Both the position numbers and the translations under genes were made by a program. From Duganella sp. (GTDB taxonomy: Bacteria > Pseudomonadota > Gammaproteobacteria > Burkholderiales > Burkholderiaceae_D), in the NCBI RefSeq assembly GCF_039595735.1, contig NZ_JBCNLB010000009.1, positions 73,562-137,561 of the forward strand: a stretch of DNA of 64,000 nt, given 5' to 3'. The number at the start of each line of letters is the position of its first letter. Position 1 is the first letter of the stretch. Of the stretch, positions 53,159 to 63,722 are shown in pieces. The notes under the pieces are model-generated. The model was not told the origin of the DNA and made no database searches. It saw only the letters and a program-made list of their open reading frames with translations.

Positions 53159-53911
53159 TTAAGCCTGTTCGCTGACTTCGACGAATTCGTCGCCGGCTGC
53201 AGCTTTCACCATCTCTACAACTTCAGCGCCGGCTGCCGAACGGCCTTCCAGGATCGCGTCTGCCACGCCGCGGGCGTACAGCGTGATGGCTTTCGACGAG
53301 TCGTCGTTGCCTGGAATGACGTACTGCACGCCTTCTGGCGAGTGGTTGGTATCGACCACGCCGATCACTGGGATGCCCAGTTTAGCGGCTTCGGTGATGG
53401 CGCCCTTGTGGTAGCCAACGTCAACGACGAAGATAGCGTCAGGAACGCCGCCCATGTCTTTGATGCCGCCGATCGATTTTTGCAGCTTGGCGATTTCGCG
53501 TTGGAACATCAGCGCTTCTTTTTTCGACAGCTTCTCAACCGAACCGTCTTCCAGAGCGACTTCCATGTCTTTCAGGCGCTTGATCGAGGTCTTGATGGTC
53601 TTGAAGTTGGTCAGCATGCCGCCCAGCCAACGCTGGTCAACATAAGGAACGCCTGCGCGCTGGGCTTCAGCAGCGATGATATCGCGTGCTTGACGCTTGG
53701 TGCCTACCATCAGGATGGTGCCACGGCTTGCGGCAACCTGTTTCACGTGCTTCATCGCTTCCTGATACATACCCATCGTCTTTTCCAGATTGATGATATG
53801 GATCTTGTTGCGGTGACCGAAGATGAACGGTGCCATCTTTGGGTTCCAGAAACGGGTTTGGTGACCGAAGTGGACACCGGCTTCCAGCATTTCGCGCATA
53901 GTTACGGACAT
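53159..53911 (-). CDS. rpsB: 30S ribosomal protein S2
   Basis: [26 protein letters not shown] and IPGNDD. Confidence 0.99.
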   Translation of the reverse strand: MSVTMREMLEAGVHFGHQTRFWNPKMAPFIFGHRNKIHIINLEKTMGMYQEAMKHVKQVAASRGTILMVGTKRQARDIIAAEAQRAGVPYVDQRWLGGMLTNFKTIKTSIKRLKDMEVALEDGSVEKLSKKEALMFQREIAKLQKSIGGIKDMGGVPDAIFVVDVGYHKGAITEAAKLGIPVIGVVDTNHSPEGVQYVIPGNDDSSKAITLYARGVADAILEGRSAAGAEVVEMVKAAAGDEFVEVSEQA

Positions 53912-53915
53912 AATT

Positions 53916-53995
53916 TACTCCAGGGTTAGTTCTGGAATCCGATCAGTCACCTCGGCAATTGCCAGGCACCCTTGTCGACCGGATTCGCGTGTTTA
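53916..53995 (-). ncRNA. rpsB leader (t44/S2 autoregulatory RNA)
   Basis: Minus-strand leader with a GAAUCCG/CGGAUUC stem, internal GGGUGCC and downstream UAACCC, directly 5' of rpsB. Confidence 0.7.
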
Positions 53996-54295
53996 AGATT
54001 AAGGAACACAACATTGCTTAAACCAAATTCAAGCAACCCGAGATTCTACCCTGAAAACAACCACTTGGGCAAGCGTTTCCCTCTATGACAGCGCCCCGTC
54101 CGCGCCCCAGGCTGGTGCATGCAAGATGCTAGTGTTGCGCTGCGGCGCGCCAAAGTAGTGCGCGGCATCAAATAATTCCTCCAAGCACGCCCGCAGATGC
54201 AGAAAATGTAATATCATCGCGGAAATCAAAGTTTAAGATTATTAACCCATCGCCGCGCCCAACCCCTGCGATAGCGTTTAGCCCCGAGAGATCAC

Positions 54296-55087
54296 ATGCC
54301 CTTACTGCTAGCTGTCACACTCGCTGCCGCCACCGTCCAACCCGCCTGTTCGTGGGACAATCCGGGGCACAACCCCTATACCGGCGGCGCCGCTGCCGCC
54401 ATCGACCGCTATACCGACATCCCGGAAGCCGTGCGCAGTACGCTCAAGCGCCGCATGGAAGAAGGCCAGTCCGACGACAAGGTCAGCATCACCCGCGGCA
54501 CCATTGCCGGCAAGTACCAGTACGATCCCGCCATCCGCGACATGCACTTTGGCAAATCGTCGGTATGCGCCACCGTCACCCGCGATAAATGGGCCGAAAC
54601 CCGCGTGGAGCCGGGCGCCGTGTATTGCGTCGACAAGCACTGCATCCTGGTGCCGCGCATCTGCGGCAACGTCAGCCGCGTGAACCGCACCCCTGCGGCC
54701 GCGGCCGCCGCTGCCGCCGCGCCGGAAAAGCAAGAAGACCGCGAGCTGCACATCCCGGGCGAACTGGCCGATCTGGGCCTGGAAGACCCGAACATGATGG
54801 ACGACAACCCGCTCACCGCCCAGGAACTGGCCGAGCGCCGCGCGGCCGCCGAGCGCGTGCTGGCCGCCATGGGCGACGCCGACCTGGAAGCCGAGCAACT
54901 GGCCGCGCTGCTGGCAGCCGACCGCGACATGTCGCGTTTGCGCCCCGGCGTGTTCTCCGGCCAGGACGGCGAAGGCCCGTCGCCGGCCGCCCCGGTGCCG
55001 GAAGCCGACACCTGGGCCATGCTGCTGGCCGGCCTCGGCCTGGTAGGCTGGCAAGCCCGCCGCCGCGCCCGCAAGGCAGCCCAATAA
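54296..55087 (+). CDS. MHFG-family PEP-CTERM protein
   Basis: CSWDNPGHNPY, IRDMHFG, CILVPRICGNVSR and tail VPEADTWAMLLAGLGLVGWQARRR. Confidence 0.9.
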   Translation: MPLLLAVTLAAATVQPACSWDNPGHNPYTGGAAAAIDRYTDIPEAVRSTLKRRMEEGQSDDKVSITRGTIAGKYQYDPAIRDMHFGKSSVCATVTRDKWAETRVEPGAVYCVDKHCILVPRICGNVSRVNRTPAAAAAAAAAPEKQEDRELHIPGELADLGLEDPNMMDDNPLTAQELAERRAAAERVLAAMGDADLEAEQLAALLAADRDMSRLRPGVFSGQDGEGPSPAAPVPEADTWAMLLAGLGLVGWQARRRARKAAQ

Positions 55088-55214
55088 GCGCGGCGGCGAC
55101 AGCCGCACGCGACTGCCCCGCCGTCGTTTATAATTTCGACATATTGCACGCCAGGCCGCCCTCCGGGGGCGCGCCGGGCGTGTTCACCGTTTACTTAGCT
55201 GATTGCGATCCAAT

Positions 55215-56036
55215 ATGTCTATTTCCATCAAAACCGCCGAAGATATCGAAGGCATGCGCATTGCCGGGCGCCTGGGCTCCGAAGTGCTGGACTACATCAC
55301 CCCCTTCGTCAAGCCCGGCGTCACCACCGGCGAACTGGATCGCTTGTGCCACGAATACATGGTCAACGTGCAGGACACCATCCCGGCGCCGCTGAACTAC
55401 TGTCCGCCCGGCTACACGCCCTACCCCAAAGCCATCTGCACCTCGGTCAACGACGTGATCTGCCACGGCATTCCGGGCGACAAGGTGCTGAAGAACGGCG
55501 ACGTCGTCAACCTCGACATCACCGTCATCAAGGATGGCTACCACGGCGACAACAGCCGCATGTTCTTCATCGGCGAACCATCGATCCTGGCCAGGCGCCT
55601 GTCGGAAGTGACCTATGAATGCATGTGGCTGGGCATTCAGCAGGTGAAGCCGGGCGCCTTCCTGGGCGACATCGGCCACGCCATCCAGCAGCACGCCGAA
55701 AAAGCCGGCTACAGCGTGGTGCGCGAGTTCTGCGGCCACGGCATCGGCAAGGTGTTCCACGAAGAGCCGCAGGTGCTGCACTACGGCCGTCCGGGCACCG
55801 GCGTCAGGCTGGAAGCCGGCATGGTCTTCACCATCGAGCCGATGATCAACGCCGGCCGCCGCGAAATCCGCGAAATGGGCGACGGCTGGACCATCAAGAC
55901 CAAGGACCGCAGCCTGTCGGCCCAGTGGGAACACATGATCCTGGTGACCGACACCGGCTACGAAGTGCTGACGCTGTCGGCCGGCAGCCCGCCGCCGCCG
56001 GCCTTCATCACCGGCGGCGCGGCCAAGGCAGCGTGA
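55215..56036 (+). CDS. map: Type I methionine aminopeptidase
   Basis: CTSVNDVICHGIP, DITVIKDGYHGD, GHGIG, FTIEPM and SAQWEH. Confidence 0.99.
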   Translation: MSISIKTAEDIEGMRIAGRLGSEVLDYITPFVKPGVTTGELDRLCHEYMVNVQDTIPAPLNYCPPGYTPYPKAICTSVNDVICHGIPGDKVLKNGDVVNLDITVIKDGYHGDNSRMFFIGEPSILARRLSEVTYECMWLGIQQVKPGAFLGDIGHAIQQHAEKAGYSVVREFCGHGIGKVFHEEPQVLHYGRPGTGVRLEAGMVFTIEPMINAGRREIREMGDGWTIKTKDRSLSAQWEHMILVTDTGYEVLTLSAGSPPPPAFITGGAAKAA

Positions 56037-56039
56037 GCC

Positions 56040-58622
56040 GTGAACGCGGCCGTGATGAAGAAGGAGCTGCGCGAGCAGCTCAAGCGTCAGCTGAAGGCTG
56101 ACCGCCAGGTCGTCATTGCCGCCTTCAAGGAAGACGGCAAGCCGGAAAAACTGCTGCGCAGCCTGCGCCAGACGGTGGACGCGGTGCTGTGCACCGCCTG
56201 GCACGCGGCCGGCCTGCCGGACAGCACGGCGCTGGTCGGCGTCGGCGGCTACGGCCGCGGCGAGCTGTTCCCCTATTCCGACGTCGACCTGCTGATCCTG
56301 CTGGAGCAGGCGCCGGACGCCGACACCACGGCCAAGCTGGAGGAACTGGTGCAGCTGCTGTGGGATCTGGGCCTGGAAATCGGCCACAGCATCCGCACCG
56401 TGGACGAGTGCCTGAGCGAATCGGCGGCCGACATCACGGTCCAGACCAGCCTGCTGGAAGCGCGCCTGATCTGCGGCGACCAGCAGCTGTTCCAGCAACT
56501 GGAAACCCGCTACGCGGCCGCCATGGACCCGCGCGCCTTTTTCCACGCCAAGGTGCTGGAGATGAAGCAGCGGCACGCCAAGTACGAGGATACCGCCTTC
56601 AGCCTGGAGCCCAACTGCAAGGAAAGCCCGGGCGGCCTGCGCGACCTGCAGGTGATCCTGTGGCTGGTGAAAGCGGCCGGCCTGGCCAATTCCTGGCGCA
56701 CCCTGGCCACCAGCGGCCTGATCACCCAGACCGAGGCCAAGCAGCTGATGGAAAAGGAGCGCGCCTTCAAGGATATCCGCGTGCGCCTGCACCTGCACGC
56801 CGGCCGGCGCGAAGACCGGCTGGTGTTCGACGTCCAGACCGCGATTGCCGAATCGCTGGGCCTGACCGCCACCGGCAGCGGCGTCCACATGCGCCGCGCC
56901 AGCGAATACCTGATGCAGCGCTACTACTGGGCCGCCAAGACGGTTACCCAGCTCAACACCATCCTGCTGCAAAACATCGAGGAGCGCCTGTTCCCGCAAT
57001 CGGGCGAAGCGGTGCGCATCAACCAGCGCTTCAACGACGTCAACGGCCTGATCGACATTGCCGAGGACGACACCTTTGAGAAAACCCCGTCGGCCATGCT
57101 GGAAATCTTCCTGCTGATGACCGAACGGCCGTCGATCAAGGGCATGACCGCGCGCGCCACCCGCGCGCTGTGGCACGAGCGCTTCAAGATCGACGCCGCT
57201 TTCCGCGCCGATCCGGTCAACCGTTCGCTATTCCTGCGCATCATGCAGGCGCCGGTGGGCATCATCCACGCGCTGCGCCGCATGAACGACCTGTCGATCC
57301 TGGGCCGCTACCTGCCCAACTTCCGCAAGATCGTCGGCCAGATGCAGCACGACCTGTTCCACGTCTACACGGTGGACCAGCACATCCTGATGGTGGTGCG
57401 CAATATGCGCCGCTTCACCATGGCCGAGCACGCGCACGAATACCCGTTCTGCAGCCAGCTGATGGCCAACTTCGCGCAGCCGTGGGTGCTGTTCCTGGCG
57501 GCGCTGTTCCATGACATCGCCAAGGGCCGCGGCGGCGACCACTCCGAGCTGGGCATGGCCGACGCCGAACAGTTCTGCCGCGACCACGGCATGAGCGAGG
57601 AAGACACCGAGCTGGTGGTGTTCCTGGTCGGCAACCACCTGACCATGTCGCAAGTGGCGCAGAAGCAGGACTTGTCCGATCCGGACGTGATCCAGGCCTT
57701 CGCCAGGGTGGTCGGCGACGAGCGCCACCTGACCGGCCTGTACCTGCTGACCGTGGCCGACATCCGCGGCACCAGCCCGAAAGTCTGGAACGCCTGGAAA
57801 GCCAAGCTGCTGGAAGACCTGTACAAGATCACCCTGCGCGTGCTGGGCGGCGAGGAACACAGCGCCGACAACGAGCTGCGCAACCGCCAGCAGGAAGCGC
57901 TGGCCACGCTGCGCCTGTACGGCCTGGCGCCGGACGCGCACGAAGCGTTCTGGAAGCAGCTGGACGTGGCCTACTTCCTGCGCCACGACGCTTCCGACAT
58001 CGCCTGGCAGACGCGCGCCCTGTACGAGCGCTTCAACAGCGAACAGCCGGTGGTCAAGTGCCGGCTGGCGCCGATCGGCGAGGGCTTGCAGATCGCGGTC
58101 TACATCAAGGACCAGCCGGACCTGTTCGCGCGCATCTGCAGCTATTTCGACCGCAAGAATTTCTCCATCCTCGACGCCAAGATCCACACCACGCGCCACG
58201 GCTACGCGCTGGACACCTTCCTGGTCACCGAGCAGAACTTCGCCAAGAGCTACCGCGACATCATCAGCCTGATCGAGCACGAGCTGTGCGGCCTGCTGAC
58301 CAATCCGGAGCCGCTGCCGGCGCCGGGCAAGGGCCGCTTGTCGCGCCTGTCGCGCACCTTCCCGATCCAGCCGACGGTGGACTTGCGCCCGGACGAGCGC
58401 GGCCAGTATTACCTGCTGTCGGTGGCAGCCAACGACCGCACCGGCCTGCTGTATTCCATCGCCAATGTGCTGACCAAGTACAAGATCAACCTGCATACCG
58501 CCAAGGTCATGACCCTGGGCGAGCGCGTCGAAGACGTGTTCCTGATCGATGGCGCGGCGCTGTCCAACGCCCGCAACCAGATCCAGCTGGAAACCGACCT
58601 GCTGGAAGCCATGAAGGTTTAA
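56040..58622 (+). CDS. glnD: [Protein-PII] uridylyltransferase/UMP-removing enzyme
   Basis: [42 protein letters not shown] and two ACT domains. Confidence 0.99.
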   Translation: MNAAVMKKELREQLKRQLKADRQVVIAAFKEDGKPEKLLRSLRQTVDAVLCTAWHAAGLPDSTALVGVGGYGRGELFPYSDVDLLILLEQAPDADTTAKLEELVQLLWDLGLEIGHSIRTVDECLSESAADITVQTSLLEARLICGDQQLFQQLETRYAAAMDPRAFFHAKVLEMKQRHAKYEDTAFSLEPNCKESPGGLRDLQVILWLVKAAGLANSWRTLATSGLITQTEAKQLMEKERAFKDIRVRLHLHAGRREDRLVFDVQTAIAESLGLTATGSGVHMRRASEYLMQRYYWAAKTVTQLNTILLQNIEERLFPQSGEAVRINQRFNDVNGLIDIAEDDTFEKTPSAMLEIFLLMTERPSIKGMTARATRALWHERFKIDAAFRADPVNRSLFLRIMQAPVGIIHALRRMNDLSILGRYLPNFRKIVGQMQHDLFHVYTVDQHILMVVRNMRRFTMAEHAHEYPFCSQLMANFAQPWVLFLAALFHDIAKGRGGDHSELGMADAEQFCRDHGMSEEDTELVVFLVGNHLTMSQVAQKQDLSDPDVIQAFARVVGDERHLTGLYLLTVADIRGTSPKVWNAWKAKLLEDLYKITLRVLGGEEHSADNELRNRQQEALATLRLYGLAPDAHEAFWKQLDVAYFLRHDASDIAWQTRALYERFNSEQPVVKCRLAPIGEGLQIAVYIKDQPDLFARICSYFDRKNFSILDAKIHTTRHGYALDTFLVTEQNFAKSYRDIISLIEHELCGLLTNPEPLPAPGKGRLSRLSRTFPIQPTVDLRPDERGQYYLLSVAANDRTGLLYSIANVLTKYKINLHTAKVMTLGERVEDVFLIDGAALSNARNQIQLETDLLEAMKV

Positions 58623-58646
58623 CCCGTTTTAAAAAAGAGTTTCGCA

Positions 58647-59396
58647 ATGTCTGAAGAATTACTCCGCCTGTCCAAACGCATGTCCGAACTGGGCCTGTGC
58701 TCGCGCCGTGAGGCCGATGAGTGGATCGCGCGCGGCTGGGTGCGGGTTGACGGCAAGGTCGTCAACGAACTGGGCACCAAGATTCACCCGAGCCAGAAAG
58801 TCAGCGTGGAGCGTCAGGCCGCCGCCGAGCAGTCCAAGCGCGTCACCATCCTGATCAACAAGCCGATGGGCTACGTCTCCGGCCAGGCCGAGGACGGCTA
58901 CCAGCCGGCCGTGGCCCTGATCAAGCCGGAAAACCGCTGGCCGGACGATCCGTCGCCGGAACAGTTCCACCCGACCCAGCTGCGTTCGCTGGTGCCGGCC
59001 GGCCGCCTGGACATCGATTCGGTCGGCCTGCTGGTGCTGACCCAGGACGGCCGCGTGGCCAAGCACCTGATCGGCGAGACCACCGAGGTCGACAAGGAAT
59101 ACCTGGTGCGCGTGGAGTACACCAGGCCGGGCAAGCTGCCGGACAGCGACCTGAAAAAACTCAACCACGGCCTGTGGATGGACGGCAAGCCGCTGCTGCC
59201 GGCCAAGGTGCGCTGGCAAAATGACGACCAGCTCAGCTTTACGCTGAAGGAAGGCAAGAAGCGCCAGATCCGCCGCATGTGCGAAATGGTGGGCTTGAAA
59301 GTTGTTGGTTTGAAACGCGTGCGCATCGGCAAAGTGAAGCTGGGCGACCTGCCGGTCGGCCAATGGCGCTATTTGCGCCCGGATGAGCGCTTCTGA
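58647..59396 (+). CDS. rRNA pseudouridine synthase (RluB/RluF type)
   Basis: S4 domain (RLSKRMSELGLCSRREAD), GRLDIDSVGL and EGKKRQIRRM. Confidence 0.95.
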   Translation: MSEELLRLSKRMSELGLCSRREADEWIARGWVRVDGKVVNELGTKIHPSQKVSVERQAAAEQSKRVTILINKPMGYVSGQAEDGYQPAVALIKPENRWPDDPSPEQFHPTQLRSLVPAGRLDIDSVGLLVLTQDGRVAKHLIGETTEVDKEYLVRVEYTRPGKLPDSDLKKLNHGLWMDGKPLLPAKVRWQNDDQLSFTLKEGKKRQIRRMCEMVGLKVVGLKRVRIGKVKLGDLPVGQWRYLRPDERF

Positions 59397-59475
59397 ACCA
59401 CAGGAATCAAAATTTCTTGCTCTTTTGCAAGCCAAAACGCTGAATCCGCTGTAAACTGCGTAGATCGACCTCGCA

Positions 59476-60279
59476 TTGCAGAAGTCATTATCAAAGAGAT
59501 ATGCCGTCGTGAACGATCCAATACCCAATGAATTTCGCCGCGGGCCTCCCACCCTAAAAGACGCTGTGGAGCCCATCGCGACGGGTTCGAAACCCCATGA
59601 CATGACCGATGAACATGACATCGGTGATGCCCTGACCTTGCTGGCCGAATCCGGCGAGCCGGTGTCGATCTACCCGTCCAGCGCCACCAACGTGGTGCTC
59701 GGACGGCTGAAGTCGGTCGATCCGCAAAATCCCTATTTTGTACTGGAGCTGAATGAAGGCGAATTCCTGCCGCCCGGCGAAGCCACCTTCGTTGCCTGGC
59801 TGCGCTCGGCCAAGCTGCAGTTCAAGCTGAGCTCGGAAACCTGGCCGACGCTGCCGGAGCAGCCCACTTTGCTGAACCTGGAATTTCCGCTCAAGTGCCA
59901 GGTCCTGAACCGCCGCTCCTCGGCGCGGCTGGAAACGCCGCTGGGCGTGTACTACATGGCCTCCTTTGTCCTCAACGGCAAGCCGTACGAGCTGCAGCTG
60001 TACGACTTTTCCGCCGGCGGCGTCGGCATGCGCGCCGCGCCGCGCGACGCGGTCGGCCTGCACGTGGGGCGCAAGCTGCAGCGCGTGCGCCTGGAACTAG
60101 GGCCGGAGTCGGTCATGATTGCCGATCTGGAAGTGCGGCTGTCGCGCACCTTCCGCTCCTTCCTGCTGGGCGAGCAGGTGCAGATCGGCTGCCAGTTCAC
60201 CAATCTGTCGCCGGCCATGGAAGAAGAACTCAAGCGCCTGCTCGACAAACTGAATGCGGGCAAGCAGCGTTTCGCCTAA
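59476..60279 (+). CDS. YcgR-like flagellar brake/PilZ protein
   Basis: RSSAR (RxxxR) and DFSAGG (DxSxxG) c-di-GMP motifs intact; start codon uncertain. Confidence 0.85.
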   Translation: MQKSLSKRYAVVNDPIPNEFRRGPPTLKDAVEPIATGSKPHDMTDEHDIGDALTLLAESGEPVSIYPSSATNVVLGRLKSVDPQNPYFVLELNEGEFLPPGEATFVAWLRSAKLQFKLSSETWPTLPEQPTLLNLEFPLKCQVLNRRSSARLETPLGVYYMASFVLNGKPYELQLYDFSAGGVGMRAAPRDAVGLHVGRKLQRVRLELGPESVMIADLEVRLSRTFRSFLLGEQVQIGCQFTNLSPAMEEELKRLLDKLNAGKQRFA

Positions 60280-60300
60280 GTCTGGGCATGTAATTTGCTT

Positions 60301-60332
60301 AAAAAGCAGCTAGTTCACTAGCTGCTTTTTTT
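60301..60332 (+). terminator. Rho-independent terminator abutting the next ATG
   Basis: AAAAAGCAGCTAG-TTCA-CTAGCTGCTTTTTTT, then ATG at 60333. Confidence 0.85.
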
Positions 60333-63300
60333 ATGACCACGACACAGCGCATCGTCAAAATACGGCGCGATTACAACACCTGGGTGGCCAACGAGACCAT
60401 CGAGGACTATGCCCTGCGCTATACGCCGCGCGCGTTCCGGCGCTGGTCGGTGTTTCGCGTGTCAAACACGGCGTTTGGCGCGATTTCGTTTCTGGTGCTG
60501 GAGGCCATCGGCGGCACCATCACCGTCAACTATGGCTTCATCAACGCGCTGTGGGCCATCATGGCGGTGGGCCTGATCATCTTCCTTACCGGCCTGCCGA
60601 TCAGCTATTACGCGGCGCGCTACGGCGTCGACATGGACTTGCTGACGCGCGGCGCCGGCTTTGGCTACATCGGCTCAACGATATCGTCGTTCGTGTACGC
60701 CTCGTTCACGTTTATTTTGTTTGCGCTGGAAGCGGCCATCATGGCTTATGCGCTGGAGCTGTACTTCGGCTTGCCGCTTTGGCTGGGCTACATGGTCAGC
60801 GCCTTGATCGTGGTGCCGCTGGTGACGCACGGCGTGACGCTGATCTCGCGCATCCAGATGGTAACGCAGCCGGTGTGGCTGATTTTAATGGCCCTGCCTT
60901 TCATTGCGATTTTCTACAAGCGCCCGGAGCTGCCGGCGCAACTGCTGGACTACGCCGGCCGCGACGGCACCCACGGCCATTTCAATATGCTGATGTTCGG
61001 CGCCGCCACCGCGGTGGGCGTGGCGCTGATCACGCAGATTGGCGAACAGGTCGACTTCCTGCGCTTCATGCCGCAGCAGACGCGCGCCAACCGCCTGCGC
61101 TGGCACTTCGGCGTGCTGATGGCGGGACCGGGCTGGATTTTGCTCGGCATCGCCAAGATGCTGGGTGGCGCGCTGCTGGCCTGGCTGGCCATCAGCAGCG
61201 CCATGCCGCTGGCGCAGGCGGTCAATCCGACGCATATGTACCTGGCCGGCTTCGGCCTGGTGTTCGAACAACCGCACATTGCGCTGGCGGCGACCGCGCT
61301 GCTGGTGGTGGTGTCGCAGGTGAAGATCAATATGACCAATGCCTACGCCGGCTCGCTGGCATGGTCCAACTTCTTCGCCCGCCTGACGCACAGCCATCCG
61401 GGCCGCGTGGTGTGGGCCGTGTTCAACGCGCTGATCGCGGTGCTGCTGATGGAGCTCGATGTATTCCAGGCGCTGGATCAGGTGCTGGGCCTGTACTCCA
61501 ACATCGCCATCTCGTGGATTACCGCCGTGGTGGCGGACCTGGTGATCAACAAGCCGCTGGGCCTGAGCCCGAAAGGCATCGAATTCCGCCGCGCCTACCT
61601 GTACGACATCAACCCGGTCGGCGTCGGCGCCATGCTGCTGGCTTCCGCGCTGTCGGTGGCGGCCTTCATGGGCATGTTCGGCACGCAGGCGCAGGCCTTC
61701 TCCGCGTTCATCGCGCTGTTGACGGCGCTGGCGGCCTCGCCGCTGATCGCGCTGGCCACAGGCGGCAAATACTACGTCGCCCGCCAGCCGGAACATGTGC
61801 ACAGCAAGACCTGCGTCATCTGCGAGAAGGAATACGAGGCCGACGACATGGCGCACTGCCCCGCCTATCAAGGTTCGATCTGCTCCCTGTGCTGCTGCCT
61901 GGACGCCCGCTGCAACGACACCTGCAAGCCGCATGCGCGCGTGGCCGTGCAATGGCAGGAAGCCATGCGCGCCGTGCTGCCGCAATCGCTGTGGCGCTAC
62001 CTGAGCAGCGGACTTGGGCACTATCTGCTGCTGATGGTCGTCACCGTGCTGTCGCTGGGTGCTTTGCTGGGGTTGATCTACTACCACGAGCAATCGGTGC
62101 TGCCGGATGCCGCGCTGCTGCCGCAGTTGCAGCTGGTGTTCTTTAAAATTTTCGCGGCGCTGCTGCTGTTGAGCGGCATCGTCGCCTGGTGGCTGGTGCT
62201 GACCAGCGAAAGCCGGCGCGTGGCGCAGGAAGAATCCAACCGCCAGACCGGTCTGCTGACGCGCGAGATCGAATTGCACCAGCAGACCGACGCCCAGCTG
62301 CAGCAGGCCAAGCAGGCCGCCGACCTGGCCAATCAGGCCAAGAGCCGCTACATCGCCGGCATCAGCCACGAGATCCGCACGCCGCTGAATTCCATCCTCG
62401 GCTACGCCCAGCTGCTGGATAACGATCCGGCGATACCGGCGCACCGCCAGCAGGCCGTGCGCGTGATCCGCAACAGCGGCGAGCATTTGCTGTCGCTGAT
62501 CGAAGGCACGCTCGATATCGCCCGCATCGAAAGCGGCAAGCTGAAATTCGACATGAAGGAGCTGGACTTCCCGGACTTCATCGGCCAGGTGGTGCGCATG
62601 TTCGAGCTGCAGGCGGCCAACAAGGGCCTGAGCTTCCGCTATGAACTGAGCGGCAGCCTGCCCCATTGTGTGCGGGCGGACCGCAAGCGGCTCGGGCAGA
62701 TCCTGATCAACATCCTCGGCAACGCGGTCAAGTTCACCAGCCATGGCGGCATCGTCATGCGCCTGCAGTATGCGCGCGAGATGGCTTCGTTCGAGATCGA
62801 GGACACCGGCCCTGGCATCCTGCAGGAAGAGATAGACCACATCTTCGAACCGTTCTCGCGCGGCAGCGCCAGCGCACATGCCAACGCCAGCGGCACCGGC
62901 CTTGGCCTGCCGATCGCGCGCATGCTGACGCAGTTGAATGGCGGCGAGCTCAAAGTCCGCAGCACGCCGCGCGGCAGCGTGTTCCAGGTGCGCCTGTTCC
63001 TGCCCAGCGTGCACCAGCGCGACGGACGTGGCGTCGGCGGTGTGCCGGGGGCCGGGCATGCGGGCCGGCGGCGCGCCGCGGCCGCGCCGCAGCGCACCGG
63101 CTATCACGGCCCGCGCCGCCGCATTCTGGTGGTCGACAACGAGCGCGTGGACCGCGAGCTGCTGCTCAACATCCTGCAACCGCTGGGCTTTGAAGTCGCA
63201 CAGGCCGAGTCCGGGCTGGAATGTCTGGACCTCTACGCCAGTTTCAAGCCCGACCTGATCCTGATGGACCTGGCCATGCCCGGCATGGACGGCTGGGAAG

Positions 63301-63722
63301 CCAGCTACATCCTGCGCCGGCGCGAAATGTCGGTGACGCCGATCGCCATCGTCTCCGCCAATGCGTTCGACAAAGGCATGGAGAACCCGGCCGCGATCCG
63401 CGCCGAAGATTTCTTCGTCAAGCCGGTGAATGTGACGGAGCTGCTGGACTGGATCGGTGCCCGCCTGGCGCTGGAGTGGATCACGCAAGCAGCCGCGCCG
63501 GCGCCGGCGGCGCCGGCAGCGCTGGTCTTCCCGCCGGAAGAAGTGATGACTGCCCTGCGCGAGCTGATACGGGTTGGCTACGTGCGCGGCATCCAGAAAA
63601 AACTCGACGAAATCGCGCCGCACTATCCGCATTTCACCCACACCATGCGTAACTTTGCCGCCCGCTTCCAGCTGGACGCGATGGCAGACTTCGTGAAAGA
63701 GAACAATGAACTTCAACAGTGA
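60333..63722 (+). CDS. Hybrid sensor histidine kinase/response regulator with N-terminal permease-like (NCS1/purine-cytosine permease type) domain
   Basis: Many TM segments, a Cys-rich segment, HisKA (ISHEIRTPL), HATPase (NAVKFT, DTGPG, GTGLGL) and receiver (VDNE...MDLAMPGMDG...KP). Confidence 0.92.
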   Translation: MTTTQRIVKIRRDYNTWVANETIEDYALRYTPRAFRRWSVFRVSNTAFGAISFLVLEAIGGTITVNYGFINALWAIMAVGLIIFLTGLPISYYAARYGVDMDLLTRGAGFGYIGSTISSFVYASFTFILFALEAAIMAYALELYFGLPLWLGYMVSALIVVPLVTHGVTLISRIQMVTQPVWLILMALPFIAIFYKRPELPAQLLDYAGRDGTHGHFNMLMFGAATAVGVALITQIGEQVDFLRFMPQQTRANRLRWHFGVLMAGPGWILLGIAKMLGGALLAWLAISSAMPLAQAVNPTHMYLAGFGLVFEQPHIALAATALLVVVSQVKINMTNAYAGSLAWSNFFARLTHSHPGRVVWAVFNALIAVLLMELDVFQALDQVLGLYSNIAISWITAVVADLVINKPLGLSPKGIEFRRAYLYDINPVGVGAMLLASALSVAAFMGMFGTQAQAFSAFIALLTALAASPLIALATGGKYYVARQPEHVHSKTCVICEKEYEADDMAHCPAYQGSICSLCCCLDARCNDTCKPHARVAVQWQEAMRAVLPQSLWRYLSSGLGHYLLLMVVTVLSLGALLGLIYYHEQSVLPDAALLPQLQLVFFKIFAALLLLSGIVAWWLVLTSESRRVAQEESNRQTGLLTREIELHQQTDAQLQQAKQAADLANQAKSRYIAGISHEIRTPLNSILGYAQLLDNDPAIPAHRQQAVRVIRNSGEHLLSLIEGTLDIARIESGKLKFDMKELDFPDFIGQVVRMFELQAANKGLSFRYELSGSLPHCVRADRKRLGQILINILGNAVKFTSHGGIVMRLQYAREMASFEIEDTGPGILQEEIDHIFEPFSRGSASAHANASGTGLGLPIARMLTQLNGGELKVRSTPRGSVFQVRLFLPSVHQRDGRGVGGVPGAGHAGRRRAAAAPQRTGYHGPRRRILVVDNERVDRELLLNILQPLGFEVAQAESGLECLDLYASFKPDLILMDLAMPGMDGWEASYILRRREMSVTPIAIVSANAFDKGMENPAAIRAEDFFVKPVNVTELLDWIGARLALEWITQAAAPAPAAPAALVFPPEEVMTALRELIRVGYVRGIQKKLDEIAPHYPHFTHTMRNFAARFQLDAMADFVKENNELQQ

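Noticed and set aside
54700-54725. GCC-rich run encoding poly-Ala in the MHFG protein as a phase-variable repeat
   Set aside because: The codons are mixed, consistent with an ordinary low-complexity linker.
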